In this document: piece by piece, positions 23,742 to 34,500 of the stretch
How the letters are laid out: every line of letters starts with the position of its first letter
Numbering within the stretch: the stretch's first letter is position 1
DNA from: Squalus acanthias
Lineage: Eukaryota
NCBI GenBank assembly: GCA_030390025.1
Contig: JASTWF010000035.1
Span: 2,790,001 to 2,854,000, forward strand
DNA length: 64,000 bases
Direction: 5' to 3'
The notes under the pieces: generated by a model
The model's database searches: none
The model's input: only the letters and a program-made list of their open reading frames with translations
What the model was told of the DNA's origin: nothing
Program-made: the position numbers and the translations under genes

Positions 23742-24559
23742 TTTCAAATAAAACTGTTGGACTATAACCTGGTGTTGTGCGACCTCTCAATTTTGTCCAC
23801 CCCAGTCCAACACCGGCATCTCCGCATCATGATTTCTAAATAGAGGCATGGATAGCAAAAGCTATGAAGTTATGCTAAACCTTTATAAATCATTGGTTAG
23901 GCTTCAAATATGGTATTGTGTCCAATTTTGGACCCCACACTTTAGGAAGGATATCAAGGCCTTGGAGAGGGTGCAGAAGACATTTATTAGAATGGTACCA
24001 GGGATGAGGGACTTTAGTTATGTGGAGACACTAAAGAAGCTGAGGTTCTCCTTATACAGAAAAGGTTAAGGGGAGATTTGATAGAGGTGTTCAAAATTAT
24101 GAAGGGTTTTGATCGAGTAAATAAGGAGAAACTGTTTCCAGTGGCAGGAGGGTCGGTAACCAGAGGACACAGATTTATGGTGATTGGCAGACGAACCAGA
24201 GGCGAGGTGAAGATAATTGTTTTGCACAGCGAGTTGTTGTGATCTGGAATGTGCTGCCTGAAAGGGCGGTGGAAGCAGATTCAATAATAACTTTCAAAAG
24301 GGAATTGGATAAATATTTGAAAATGAGACATTTGCAGGGCTATGGGGAAAGAGCAGGAGAGTGGGGCTAATTGGAGAGCTCTTTCAAAGAGCCGGCACAG
24401 GCACACTGGGCCGAATGGCCTCCACTGCTGTAAGATTTTGTGATTCTCTTTGGCATGGCCTTTGGGTCCTTAATAGGCCCAACGTTTTCCCTAGATAACC
24501 TCATACACTTTGCTTCTAAGTTTGCTTTGAATGTTTTGTGCATTCATATTCTTACTACA

Positions 24560-25390
24560 CATTCCTGACTCCCATTTTTTTTGGAATGTTGACCCTTATT
24601 TTTTTCCCATTATTCCATGGCCCTTCTAATAGTGAATTTAACCTCTGCCTCAAAGCCTCTTTCTTTCTCTTTCTCCTCTATTTGCTCTATTTATTTCAGT
24701 TAAGCCTCATCTTCTACTCCAACAGCTTTGTTAATCCTGCTCTCCCTCTCTACTTTCAAGACTTTCCCCACAGCCTGTCTTCATAGTTTAAATCCTCCCG
24801 CACTGCCCTGTTTCCCCTCTCTCCCAGGACATTGCAGTGGTTTTGGTTCAGGTGAAACACCTCCTTCATACAGCCTTCCCTTGTTCCAGAAATTGCTCAA
24901 TACCCCAAGAATATGAACCCTTCCCTCCTGCACCTGTCCTGCAGCCACACGTTAACCGTCTCAATTATCTTCTTAACCTGTCCAATGCTTGGCACAGGAA
25001 GCGATCTGGAGATGACTGCCCCAAGGTCTTATTTTTCATCCAGTGCCTAACTCCTTAAACTCCCTCTGCAAGACTTGAAACATACTTGTATCTATATCAT
25101 TGATTCCAACGTGAACCATGACTTCTGGCTGCTCTCCCTCCCTTCTCAGTTTTCCTTCCCATTCTGGGCTATCCTTCACCCTGGCACCAGGGAGGCAACA
25201 TACTATTCAGGACTTAAAGTTATGACTTTACAAGATGGGGTCAATACTCTGACTATTGAATCTCCCACTACTACCACTCCTGTTCCTGTAGTCTACCTGC
25301 CTCTTGTCCTTCCAGGTATTTGCTTGCTCCACGGTGCTACAGTGTTGCTCAGGACCCCATCTTCTGAGTCACCGTCACTGTCCACCTGGC
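24560..25390 (-). mobile_element. Heavily decayed CR1 ORF1 (esterase) region
   Basis: caccctggcaccagggaggcaaca (~25177-25200) is the reverse complement of CCLPGARV; ctattgaatctcccactactac corresponds to VVVGDSI. Confidence 0.7.
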
Positions 25391-26107
25391 CCAACAATAT
25401 AGGGCCGATCTTAACTCCTGGCGGAAGAGGACATCAATCATTGTCGGAGGCCCGGCATATATTAACTTGAACGCTGCCGGTTAGCTGCTCATGCAACTAC
25501 CCGGCAGCAACGTAAGTTTCGGGGAAGCGGGAATTCTGAGTCTCCCGTGGCTCCTCCTGGCACCACGAAGGACATTTTTTAAGACATTAGTGGGCCGTGC
25601 TGGCTTCCTGCCCGGTGGATGCCCGGTGGGGAGCTGGTTACAATGTTATTGAGGTCCTATGTACATCATGCGTTTAGTAATGCGACTCCCGCCAGAGATC
25701 ATGGGAGCCTCATCCGCCTCCAAAACCAGCAGCATTAAAATGGGCCATCAGCAGGAACGGAGCGGGACATGGAGCCATTCCACTTGAACTGCTCCTCCGC
25801 TCCTTTCCCAATGATCAGGGAGAGAGAAATGGCTGTTGGCTTCAACTAATCCTTCACCAGGGTCAGTTTGGTGACCAGGCTATGTTGAATTCTCTGTGAC
25901 CATAAACTTTCTGTTATTCCCTGATGTGCTTAAAGGTGTATGCTACTGCCAGGGTAGATCAGGCAATAGGGACGTTATTCCAGTGAGATCGAGCAGATCT
26001 CAGTAAAATGCAGCCATGGCATGGCTATCTGCAGAGACACACACACAGTGATTGATGTGGCCCTGCCATCGATTAATCACAAGGCTTGTGTTTTGTGCTT
26101 TTTATAG

Positions 26108-26176
26108 CAGTTGTTAAAAGTGGTTCCAGTTCAAAGAAGAAGATTGCTAAGACAACAACTGCGAGTTCAGGCAGAG
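26108..26176 (+). CDS. Candidate internal exon (69 nt, phase 1-1): (A)VVKSGSSSKKKIAKTTTASSGR
   Basis: Acceptor ttgtgttttgtgctttttatag (TAG-CAG tandem), donor G|GTAAGG at 26177, in frame with the upstream candidates. A LINE begins just downstream, so the donor could be LINE-derived. Confidence 0.55.
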
Positions 26177-26184
26177 GTAAGGAG

Positions 26185-28452
26185 GCAGGAGTGGTTATAA
26201 TGGGGGACTTCAATTATCCTAATATAGATGGGGAAAATAACAGCGTAAAGGGCAAAGAGGGGGAGGAATTCCTGAAATGTGTACAAGAGAACTTTCTTGA
26301 TCAGTGTGTTTCCAGCCCAACGAGGAAGGAAGCAGTGCTGGATCTAGTTCTGGGGAATGAAGTGGGGCAAGTGGAGCATGTTTCAGTAGGAGAGCATTTG
26401 GGAAACAGTGATCATAATATCATTAGGTTTAGAGCAGTTATGGAAAGGGACAAGATACAAACAACCGTAAAAATACTCAACTGAAGGAGGGCTAACTTCA
26501 GTCAGCTGAAAAGTGATCTGGCCCAGGTGGATTGAAACAAAGATTATCAGTTCAAACAATAAACGAGCAATGGGAGGCCTTCAAGGAGGAGATAGTTTAG
26601 ATACAGACCAGGCACATACCTATGTGGGAGGAAAGGAAGGGCATCCAAAGCTAGAACTCCCTGGATGACTAAAGATAAAACAGAAAAAGGAGGCTTATAA
26701 TAAATTTCAGTCTGTTAATACAGTAGAGAATCAAGCAGAAGAAAGAAAATGCAGAGGAGAACTGAAAAAGGAAATGAGGGGCAAAGAGAGTGTCTGAGAA
26801 TAGATTAGCGGCTAACAAGAAAAGGAACACAAGTCTTTAATGAACATATAAACAGTAAAAGGGAAGTCAAAGGAAGGGTGAAGCTGATTAGGGACCACAA
26901 ATGGGATATTCTTGTGGAGGTAGAGGACATGGCTGAGGTACTAAATGAGGACTTTGCATCTGTCCTCGCTAGAGAAGAGGATGCTGCCAATGTCACAGTA
27001 AAGGAGGAGGGGTTAGAGAAATTGGTTAGGATAAAAATAGATAAAGAGGAGGTACTTAAAAGCTTGGCAGCGTTCAAAGTAGAAAAGTCACCAGGTATGG
27101 ATGGGATGCATCCTCGGTTACTGAGGGAAAGAAGGGTGAAGATAGTGGAGGCTCTGGCCACAATCTTTCTCAGATATGGGGGTGGTGCCAGAGAACTGGA
27201 GGGTTGCTTGTTTAAAAAAGGGGCGAGGGATAAATCCAGCAATTACAGGCCAGCCTAACGTCGGTGGTGGGGAAATTTCGAGAGACAATAATTCGGAACA
27301 ACGTTAATTGTCACTTGGAAAAACATATGTTAATAAGTGACAGTCTGCATGAATTTGTTAAAGCCAAATCATGTCTGATAAATTGGATTGAGTTCTGTGA
27401 TGAAGTAACGGAGAGGATTGATGAAGATAGTGCAGTTGCTATTGTGTCCATGGAATTTCAAGCGGCAGTGGTATTAGGACCACTGCTCTTTCTGATATAT
27501 ATCAATGACCTGGACTTGGGTATACAGGGCATCATTTCAAAGTTTGCAGATGGCACAAAACTTGGAAATGTAATAAACAGTGAGGAGGATAGTAACAGAC
27601 TTCAAGAGGACAGAGACAGACTGGTGAAATGGGCGGACACATGGCAGGTGACATTTAACACCGAGAAGTGTGAAGTGATGCGTTTTGGGAGGAAGAATGA
27701 GAAGCAGCAATATAAATGAAATGGTACAATTTTAAGGGGGGTGCATGAACAGAGACCCCCTGGAGGTATAGGTGCACAAATCTTTGAAGGTGGCAGAACA
27801 AGTTGAGAAGGCTGTTAAAAAAGCATACGGGATCCTGGGCTTTATTAATAGAGGCACGTCGAGTACAAAAGAAAAGAAGTTATGCTAAACCATTATAAAA
27901 CTCTGGTTAGGCCCCAGCTGGAGTATGACATCTAATTCTGGCCACCACACATTAGGGAGGATGTCAAGGCCTTTGAGAGGGTGCAGAGGAGGTTTCCTAG
28001 AATGGTACCAGGGATGAGGGACTTCAGTTACGTGGAAAGACTGGTGAAGCTGGGATTGTTCTCGTTAGAGCAGAGAAGGTTCAGAGGAGAATTAAAAGGC
28101 GTTCGAAATGATGAAATGTTTTGGTAGAGTAAATGGGTGGTACTGTTTTCACTGGCAGGAGGGTCGGTAACCAGAAGACACAGATTTAAGGGATTTGGCA
28201 AAAGGAACAGCGGGCCGATGAGACATTTTTTTCTGCGTTTTATGATCTAGAATGCACTGCCTGAAAGGGCGCTAGAAGCAGATTCAGTGGGAACTTGTAA
28301 AAGAGAATTGGATAAATACTTGAAAAGAAGAAATTTGCAGGGCTATGGAGAAAGAGCGGGGAAGTTGGGCGAATAGGACTGCTCATTCAAAGTGCCGGCA
28401 CAGGCACAATGGGCCGAATGCCCTCCTTCTCTGCTGCAAGATTCTATGAATC
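26185..28452 (+). mobile_element. Decayed 5'-truncated CR1-clade LINE (APE C-terminus, RT with internal deletion near 27460, 3' UTR)
   Basis: VVIMGDFNYPNI, SDHNII, KSPGMDGMHPRLL, MEFQ|...VLGPLLFLIYINDLD, FADG; 3' UTR gggccgaatg... ending attctatgaatcta. Confidence 0.92.
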
Positions 28453-28554
28453 TATTTTTGAGTGTCACCATCAGGAACTCTTATAGTCATGGTGAAAAGA
28501 GCCATCACAGTCCCAATATACGTCAACTGTCTAAAATTATTCACTATCCCTATT

Positions 28555-31500
28555 ACTGCGGTGTGTGGGATAGTCTGATCTGTGTTCACTGCGGTGTGTG
28601 GGATAGTCTGATCTGTGTTCACACTGCGGTGTGTGGGACAGTCTGATCTGTGCTCACACTGCGCTGTGTGGGATAGTCTGATCTGTGTTCACTGCGGTGT
28701 GTGGGATAGTCTGATCTGTGTTCACACTGCGGTGTGTGGGATAGTCTGATCTGTGTTCACACTGCGGTGTGTGGGATAGTCTGATCTGTGTTCACACTGC
28801 GGTGTGTGGGATAGTCTGCTCTGTGTTCACGCTGCGGTGTGTGGGATAGTCTGATCTGTGCTCACACTGCGGTGTGTGGGATAGTCTGATCTGTGTTCAC
28901 ACTGCGGTGTGTGGGATAGTCTGATCTGTGCTCACACTGCGGTGTGTGGGATAGTCTGATCTCTGCTCACACTGCGGTGTGTGGGATAGTCTGATCTGTG
29001 TTCACTGCGGTGTGTGGGATACTCTGATCTGTGTTCACACCGCGGTGTGTGGGATAGTCTGATCTGTGTTCACTGCGGTGTGTGGGATAGTTTCATCTGT
29101 GTTCACACTGCGGTGTGTGGGATAGTCTGATCTGTGCTCACACTGCGGTGTGTGGGATAGTCTGATCTGTGTTCCCACTGGGGTGTGTGGGATAGTCTGA
29201 TCTCTGCTCACACTGCGGTGTGTGGGATAGTCTGATCTGTGTTCACACTGCGGTGTGTGGGATAGTCTGATCTGTGTTCACACTGCGGTGTGTGGGATAG
29301 TCTGATCTGTGTTCACACTGCGGTGTGTGGAATAGTCTGATCTGTGTTCACACTGCGGTGTGTGGGATAGTCTGATCTGTGTTCACACTGCGGTGTGTGG
29401 GATAGTCTGATCTGTGTTCACACTGCGGTGTGTGGGATAGTCTGATCTGTGTTCACTGCGGTGTGTGGGATAGTCTGATCTGTGTTCACTGCGGTGTGTG
29501 GGATAGTCTGATCTCTGTTCACACTGCGGTGTGTGGGATAGTCTGATCTGTGCTCACACTGCGGTGTGTGAGATAGTCTAATCTGTGCTCACACTGCGGT
29601 GTGTGGGATAGTCTGATCTGTGTTCACTGCGGTGTGTGGGATAGTCTGATCTGTGTTCACACTGCGGTGTGTGGGATAGTCTGATCTGTGTTCACTGCGG
29701 TGTGTGGGATAGTCTGATCTGTGTTCACACTGCGGTGTGTGGGATAGTCTGATCTGTGTTCACACTGCGGTGTGTGGGATAGTCTGATCTGTGTTCACAC
29801 TGCGGTGTGTGGGATAGTCTGATCTGTGTTCACTGCGGTGTGTGGGATAGTCTGATCTGTGTTCACACTGCGGTGTGTGGGATAGTCTGATCTGTGTTCA
29901 CATGCGGTGTGTGGGATAGTCTGATCTGTGTTCACACTGCGGTGTGTGGGATAGTCTGATCTGTTCACACTGCGGTGTGTGGGATAGTCTGATCTGTGTT
30001 CACACTGCGGTGTGTGGGATAGTCTGATCTGTGTTCACTGCGGTGTGTGGGATAGTCTGATCTGTGTTCACACTGCGGTGTGTGGGATAGTCTGATCTGT
30101 GTTCACTGCGGTGTGTGGGATAGTCTGATCTGTGTTCACTGCGGTGTGTGGGATAGTCTGATCTGTGCTCACACTGCGGTGTGTGGGATAGTCTGATCTG
30201 TGTTCACTGCGGTGTGTGGGATAGTCTGATCTGTGTTCACTGCGGTGTGTGGAATAGTCTGATCTGTGCTCACACTGCGGTGTGTGGGATAGTCTGATCT
30301 GTGCTCACACTGCGGTGTGTGGGATAGTCTGATCTGTGTTCACACTGCGGTGTGTGGGATAGTCTGATCTGTGTTCACACTGCGGTGTGTGGGATAGTCT
30401 GATCTGTGCTCACACTGCGGTGTGTGGGATAGTCTGATCTGTGCTCACACTGCGGTGTGTGGGATAGTCTGATCTGTGCTCACACTGCGGTGTGTGGGAT
30501 AGTCTGATCTGTGTTCACACTGCGGTGTGTGGGATAGTCTGATCTGTGCTCACACTGCGGTGTGTGGGATAGTCTGATCTGTGCTCACACTGCGGTGTGT
30601 GGGATAGTCTGATCTGTGTTCACTGCGGTGTGTGGGATAGTCTGATCTGTGTTCACACTGCGGTGTGTGGGATAGTCTGATCTGTGCTCACACTGCGGTG
30701 TGTGGGATAGTCTGATCTGTGCTCACACTGCGGTGTGTGGGATAGTCTGATCTGTGTTCACTGCGGTGTGTGGGATAGTCTGATCTGTGTTCACTGCGGT
30801 GTGTGGGATAGTCTGATCTGTGCTCACACTGCGGTGTGTGGGATAGTCTGATCTGTGCTCACACTGCGGTGTGTGGGATAGTCTGATCTGTGCTCACACT
30901 GCGGTGTGTGGGATAGTCTGATCTGTGTTCACACTGCGGTGTGTGGGATAGTCTGATCTGTGTTCACTGCGGTGTGTGGGATAGTCTGATCTGTGCTCAC
31001 ACTGCGGTGTGTGGGATAGTCTGATCTGTGTTCACACTGCGGTGTGTGGGATAGTCTGATCTGTGTTCACACTGCGGTGTGTGGGATAGTCTGATCTGTG
31101 TTCACACTGCGGTGTGTGGGATAGTCTGATCTGTGTTCACTGCGGTGTGTGGGATAGTCTGATCTGTGTTCACACTGCGGTGTGTGGGATAGTCTGATCT
31201 GTGTTCACACTGCGGTGTGTGGGATAGTCTGATCTGTGTTCACTGCGGTGTGTGGGATAGTCTGATCTGTGTTCACACTGCGGTGTGTGGGATAGTCTGA
31301 TCTGTGTTCACACTGCGGTGTGTGGGATAGTCTGATCTGTGTTCACACTGCGGTGTGTGGGATAGTCTGATCTGTGTTCACTGCGGTGTGTGGGATAGTC
31401 TGATCTGTGCTCACACTGCGGTGTGTGGGATAGTCTGATCTGTGTTCACTGCGGTGTGTGGGATAGTCTGATCTGTGTTCACACTGCGGTGTGTGGGATA

Positions 31501-34500
31501 GTCTGATCTGTGCTCACACTGCGGTGTGTGGGATAGTCTGATCTGTGTTCACACTGCGGTGTGTGGGATAGTCTGATCTGTGCTCACACTGCGGTGTGTG
31601 GGATAGTCTGATCTGTGTTCACACTGCGGTGTGTGGGATAGTCTGATCTGTGTTCACACTGCGGTGTGTGGGATAGTCTGATCTGTGTTCACTGCGGTGT
31701 GTGGGATAGTCTGATCTGTGTTCACACTGCGGTGTGTGGGATAGTCTGATCTGTGTCACTGCGGTGTGTGGGATAGTCTGATCTGTGTTCACTGCGGTGA
31801 TGTGGGATAGTCTGATCTGTGTTCACACTGCGGTGTGTGGGATAGTCTGATCTGTGCTCACACTGCGGTGTGGGATAGTCTGATCTGTGTTCACACTGCG
31901 GTGTGTGGGATAGTCTGATCTGTGTTACACTGCGGTGTGTGGGATAGTCTGATCTGTGTCTCACTGCGGTGTGTGGATAGTCTGATCTGTGTTCACTGCG
32001 GTGTGTGGAAAGTCTGATCTGTGTTCACACTGCGGTGTGTGGATAGTCTGATCTGTGTTCACACTGCGGTGTGTGGGATAGTCTGATCTGTGTCACACTG
32101 CGGTGTGTGGGATAGTCTGATCTGTGTCACACTGCGGTGTGTGGGATAGTCTGATCTGTGCTCACACTGCCGGTGTGTGGGATAGTCTGATCTGTGTTCA
32201 CACTGCGTGTGTGGAATAGTCTGATCTGTGTTCACACTGCGGTGTGTGGGATAGTCTGATCTGTGTTCACACTGCGGTGTGTGGGATAGTCTGATCTGTG
32301 TTCACACTGCGGTGTGTGGGATAGTCTGATCTGTGTTCACTGCGGTGTGTGGGATAGTCTGATCTGTGTTCACACTGCGGTGTGTGGGATAGTCTGATCT
32401 GTGCTCACACTGCGGTGTGTGGGATAGTCTGATCTGTGCTCACACTGCGGTGTGTGGGATAGTCTGATCTGTGTTCACACTGCGGTGTGTGGGATAGTCT
32501 GATCTGTGCTCACACTGCGGTGTGTGGGATAGTCTGATCTGTGCTCACACTGCGGTGTGTGGGATAGTCTGATCTGTGTTCACACTGCGGTGTGTGGGAT
32601 AGTCTGATCTGTGTTCACTGCGGTGTGTGGGATAGTCTGATCTGTGTTCACTGCGGTGTGTGGGATAGTCTGATCTGTGTTCACTGCGGTGTGTGGGATA
32701 GTCTGATCTGTGCTCACACTGCGGTGTGTGGGATAGTCTGATCTGTGTTCACACTGCGGTGTGTGGGATAGTCTGATCTGTGTTCACTGCGGTGTGTGGG
32801 ATAGTCTGATCTGTGTTCACACTGCGGTGTGTGGGATAGTCTGATCTGTTCACACCGCGGTGTGTGGGATAGTCTGATCTGTGTTCACTGCGGTGTGTGG
32901 GATAGTCTGATCTGTGTTCACACTGCGGTGTGTGGGATAGTCTGATCTGTGTCACACTGCGGTGTGTGGGATAGTCTGATCTGTGTTCACCTGCGGTGTG
33001 TGGGATAGTCTGATCTGTGTTCACACTGCGGTGTGTGGGATAGTCTGATCTGTGCTCACACTGCGGTGTGTGGGATAGTCTGATCTGTGTTCACACTGCG
33101 GTGTGTGGGATAGTCTGATCTGTGTTCACACTGCGGTGTGTGGATAGTCTGATCTGTGTTCACTGCGGTGTGTGGGATAGTCTGATCTGTGTTCACACTG
33201 CGGTGTGTGGGATAGTCTGATCTGTGTTCACACTGCGGTGTGTGGGATAGTCTGATCTGTGTCACACTGCGGTGTGTGGGATAGTCTGATCTGTGTTCAC
33301 ACTGCGGTGTGTGGGATAGTCTGATCTGTGTTCACCTGCGGTGTGTGGGATAGTCTGATCTGTGTCACACTGCGGTGTGTGGGATAGTCTGATCTGTGTT
33401 CACACTGCGGTGTGTGGGATAGTCTGATCTGTGTTCACACTGCGGTGTGTGGGATAGTCTGATCTGTGTTCACACTGCGGTGTGTGGATAGTCTGATCTG
33501 TGTCACACTGCGGTGTGTGGGATAGTCTGATCTGTGTTCACACTGCGGTGTGTGGGATAGTCTGATCTGTGTTCACACTGCGGTGTGTGGGATAGTCTGA
33601 TCTGTGTTCACACTGCGGTGTGTGGGATAGTCTGATCTGTGCTCACACTGCGGTGTGTGGGATAGTCTGATCTGTGTTCACACTGCGGTGTGTGGGATAG
33701 TCTGATCTGTGTTCACACTGCGGTGTGTGGGATAGTCTGATCTGTGTTCACACTGCGGTGTGTGGGATAGTCTGATCTGTGTTCACTGCGGTGTGTGGGA
33801 TAGTCTGATCTGTGCTCACACTGCGGTGTGTGGGATAGTCTGATCTGTGTTCACACTGCGGTGTGTGGGATAGTCTGATCTGTGTTCACACTGCGGTGTG
33901 TGGGATAGTCTGATCTGTGCTCACACTGCGGTGTGTGGGATAGTCTGATCTGTGTTCACACTGCGGTGTGTGGGATAGTCTGATCTGTGTTCACACTGCG
34001 GTGTGTGGGATAGTCTGATCTGTGTTCACACTGCGGTGTGTGGGATAGTCTGATCTGTGTTCACACTGCGGTGTGTGGATAGTCTGATCTGTGCTCACAC
34101 TGCGGTGTGTGGGATAGTCTGATCTGTGTTCACACTGCGGTGTGTGGGATAGTCTGATCTGTGTTCACACTGCGGTGTGTGGGATAGTCTGATCTGTGTT
34201 CACACTGCGGTGTGTGGGATAGTCTGATCTGTGTTCACACTGCGGTGTGTGGGATAGTCTGATCTGTGTTCACACTGCGGTGTGTGGGATAGTCTGATCT
34301 GTGTTCACACTGCGGTGTGTGGGATAGTCTGATCTGTGTTCACTGCGGTGTGTGGGATAGTCTGATCTGTGTTCACTGCGGTGTGTGGGATAGTCTGATC
34401 TGTGTTCACACTGCGGTGTGTGGGATAGTCTGATCTGTGTTCACACTGCGGTGTGTGGGATAGTCTGATCTGTGTTCACTGCGGTGTGTGGGATAGTCTG

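Larger units (their letters stand above)
22939..23832 (+). mobile_element. Penelope-like non-autonomous fold-back element: 420-bp inverted arms, 10-nt spacer, 44-nt unpaired 3' tail
   Basis: 22939-23358 is the reverse complement of 23369-23788 with no mismatch seen by eye; spacer CACGTCATGT; 13-bp TSD TTTCTAAATAGAG (22929-22941, 23833-23845); TATA-like run, hammerhead motif and AATAAA in pLTR-like order. Confidence 0.88.
22225..24450 (+). mobile_element. 5'-truncated decayed CR1-clade LINE (RT to 3' UTR), interrupted by the palindromic insertion
   Basis: ORFs 22386-22844 and 23848-24069; ggctttctaaatagaggcatg (GFLNRGM) is restored by removing the insertion and one TSD copy. Confidence 0.92.

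Noticed and set aside
22939..23788. Palindrome as a long-read fold-back artefact
   Set aside because: It has a clean 13-bp TSD, an asymmetric family-specific tail, the host LINE resumes correctly, and a second copy has the same architecture. Read-level confirmation is still advisable.
25400..25830. Possible further MITE (GC-rich, begins gggccgatcttaact)
   Set aside because: No matching second TIR or TSD could be identified.
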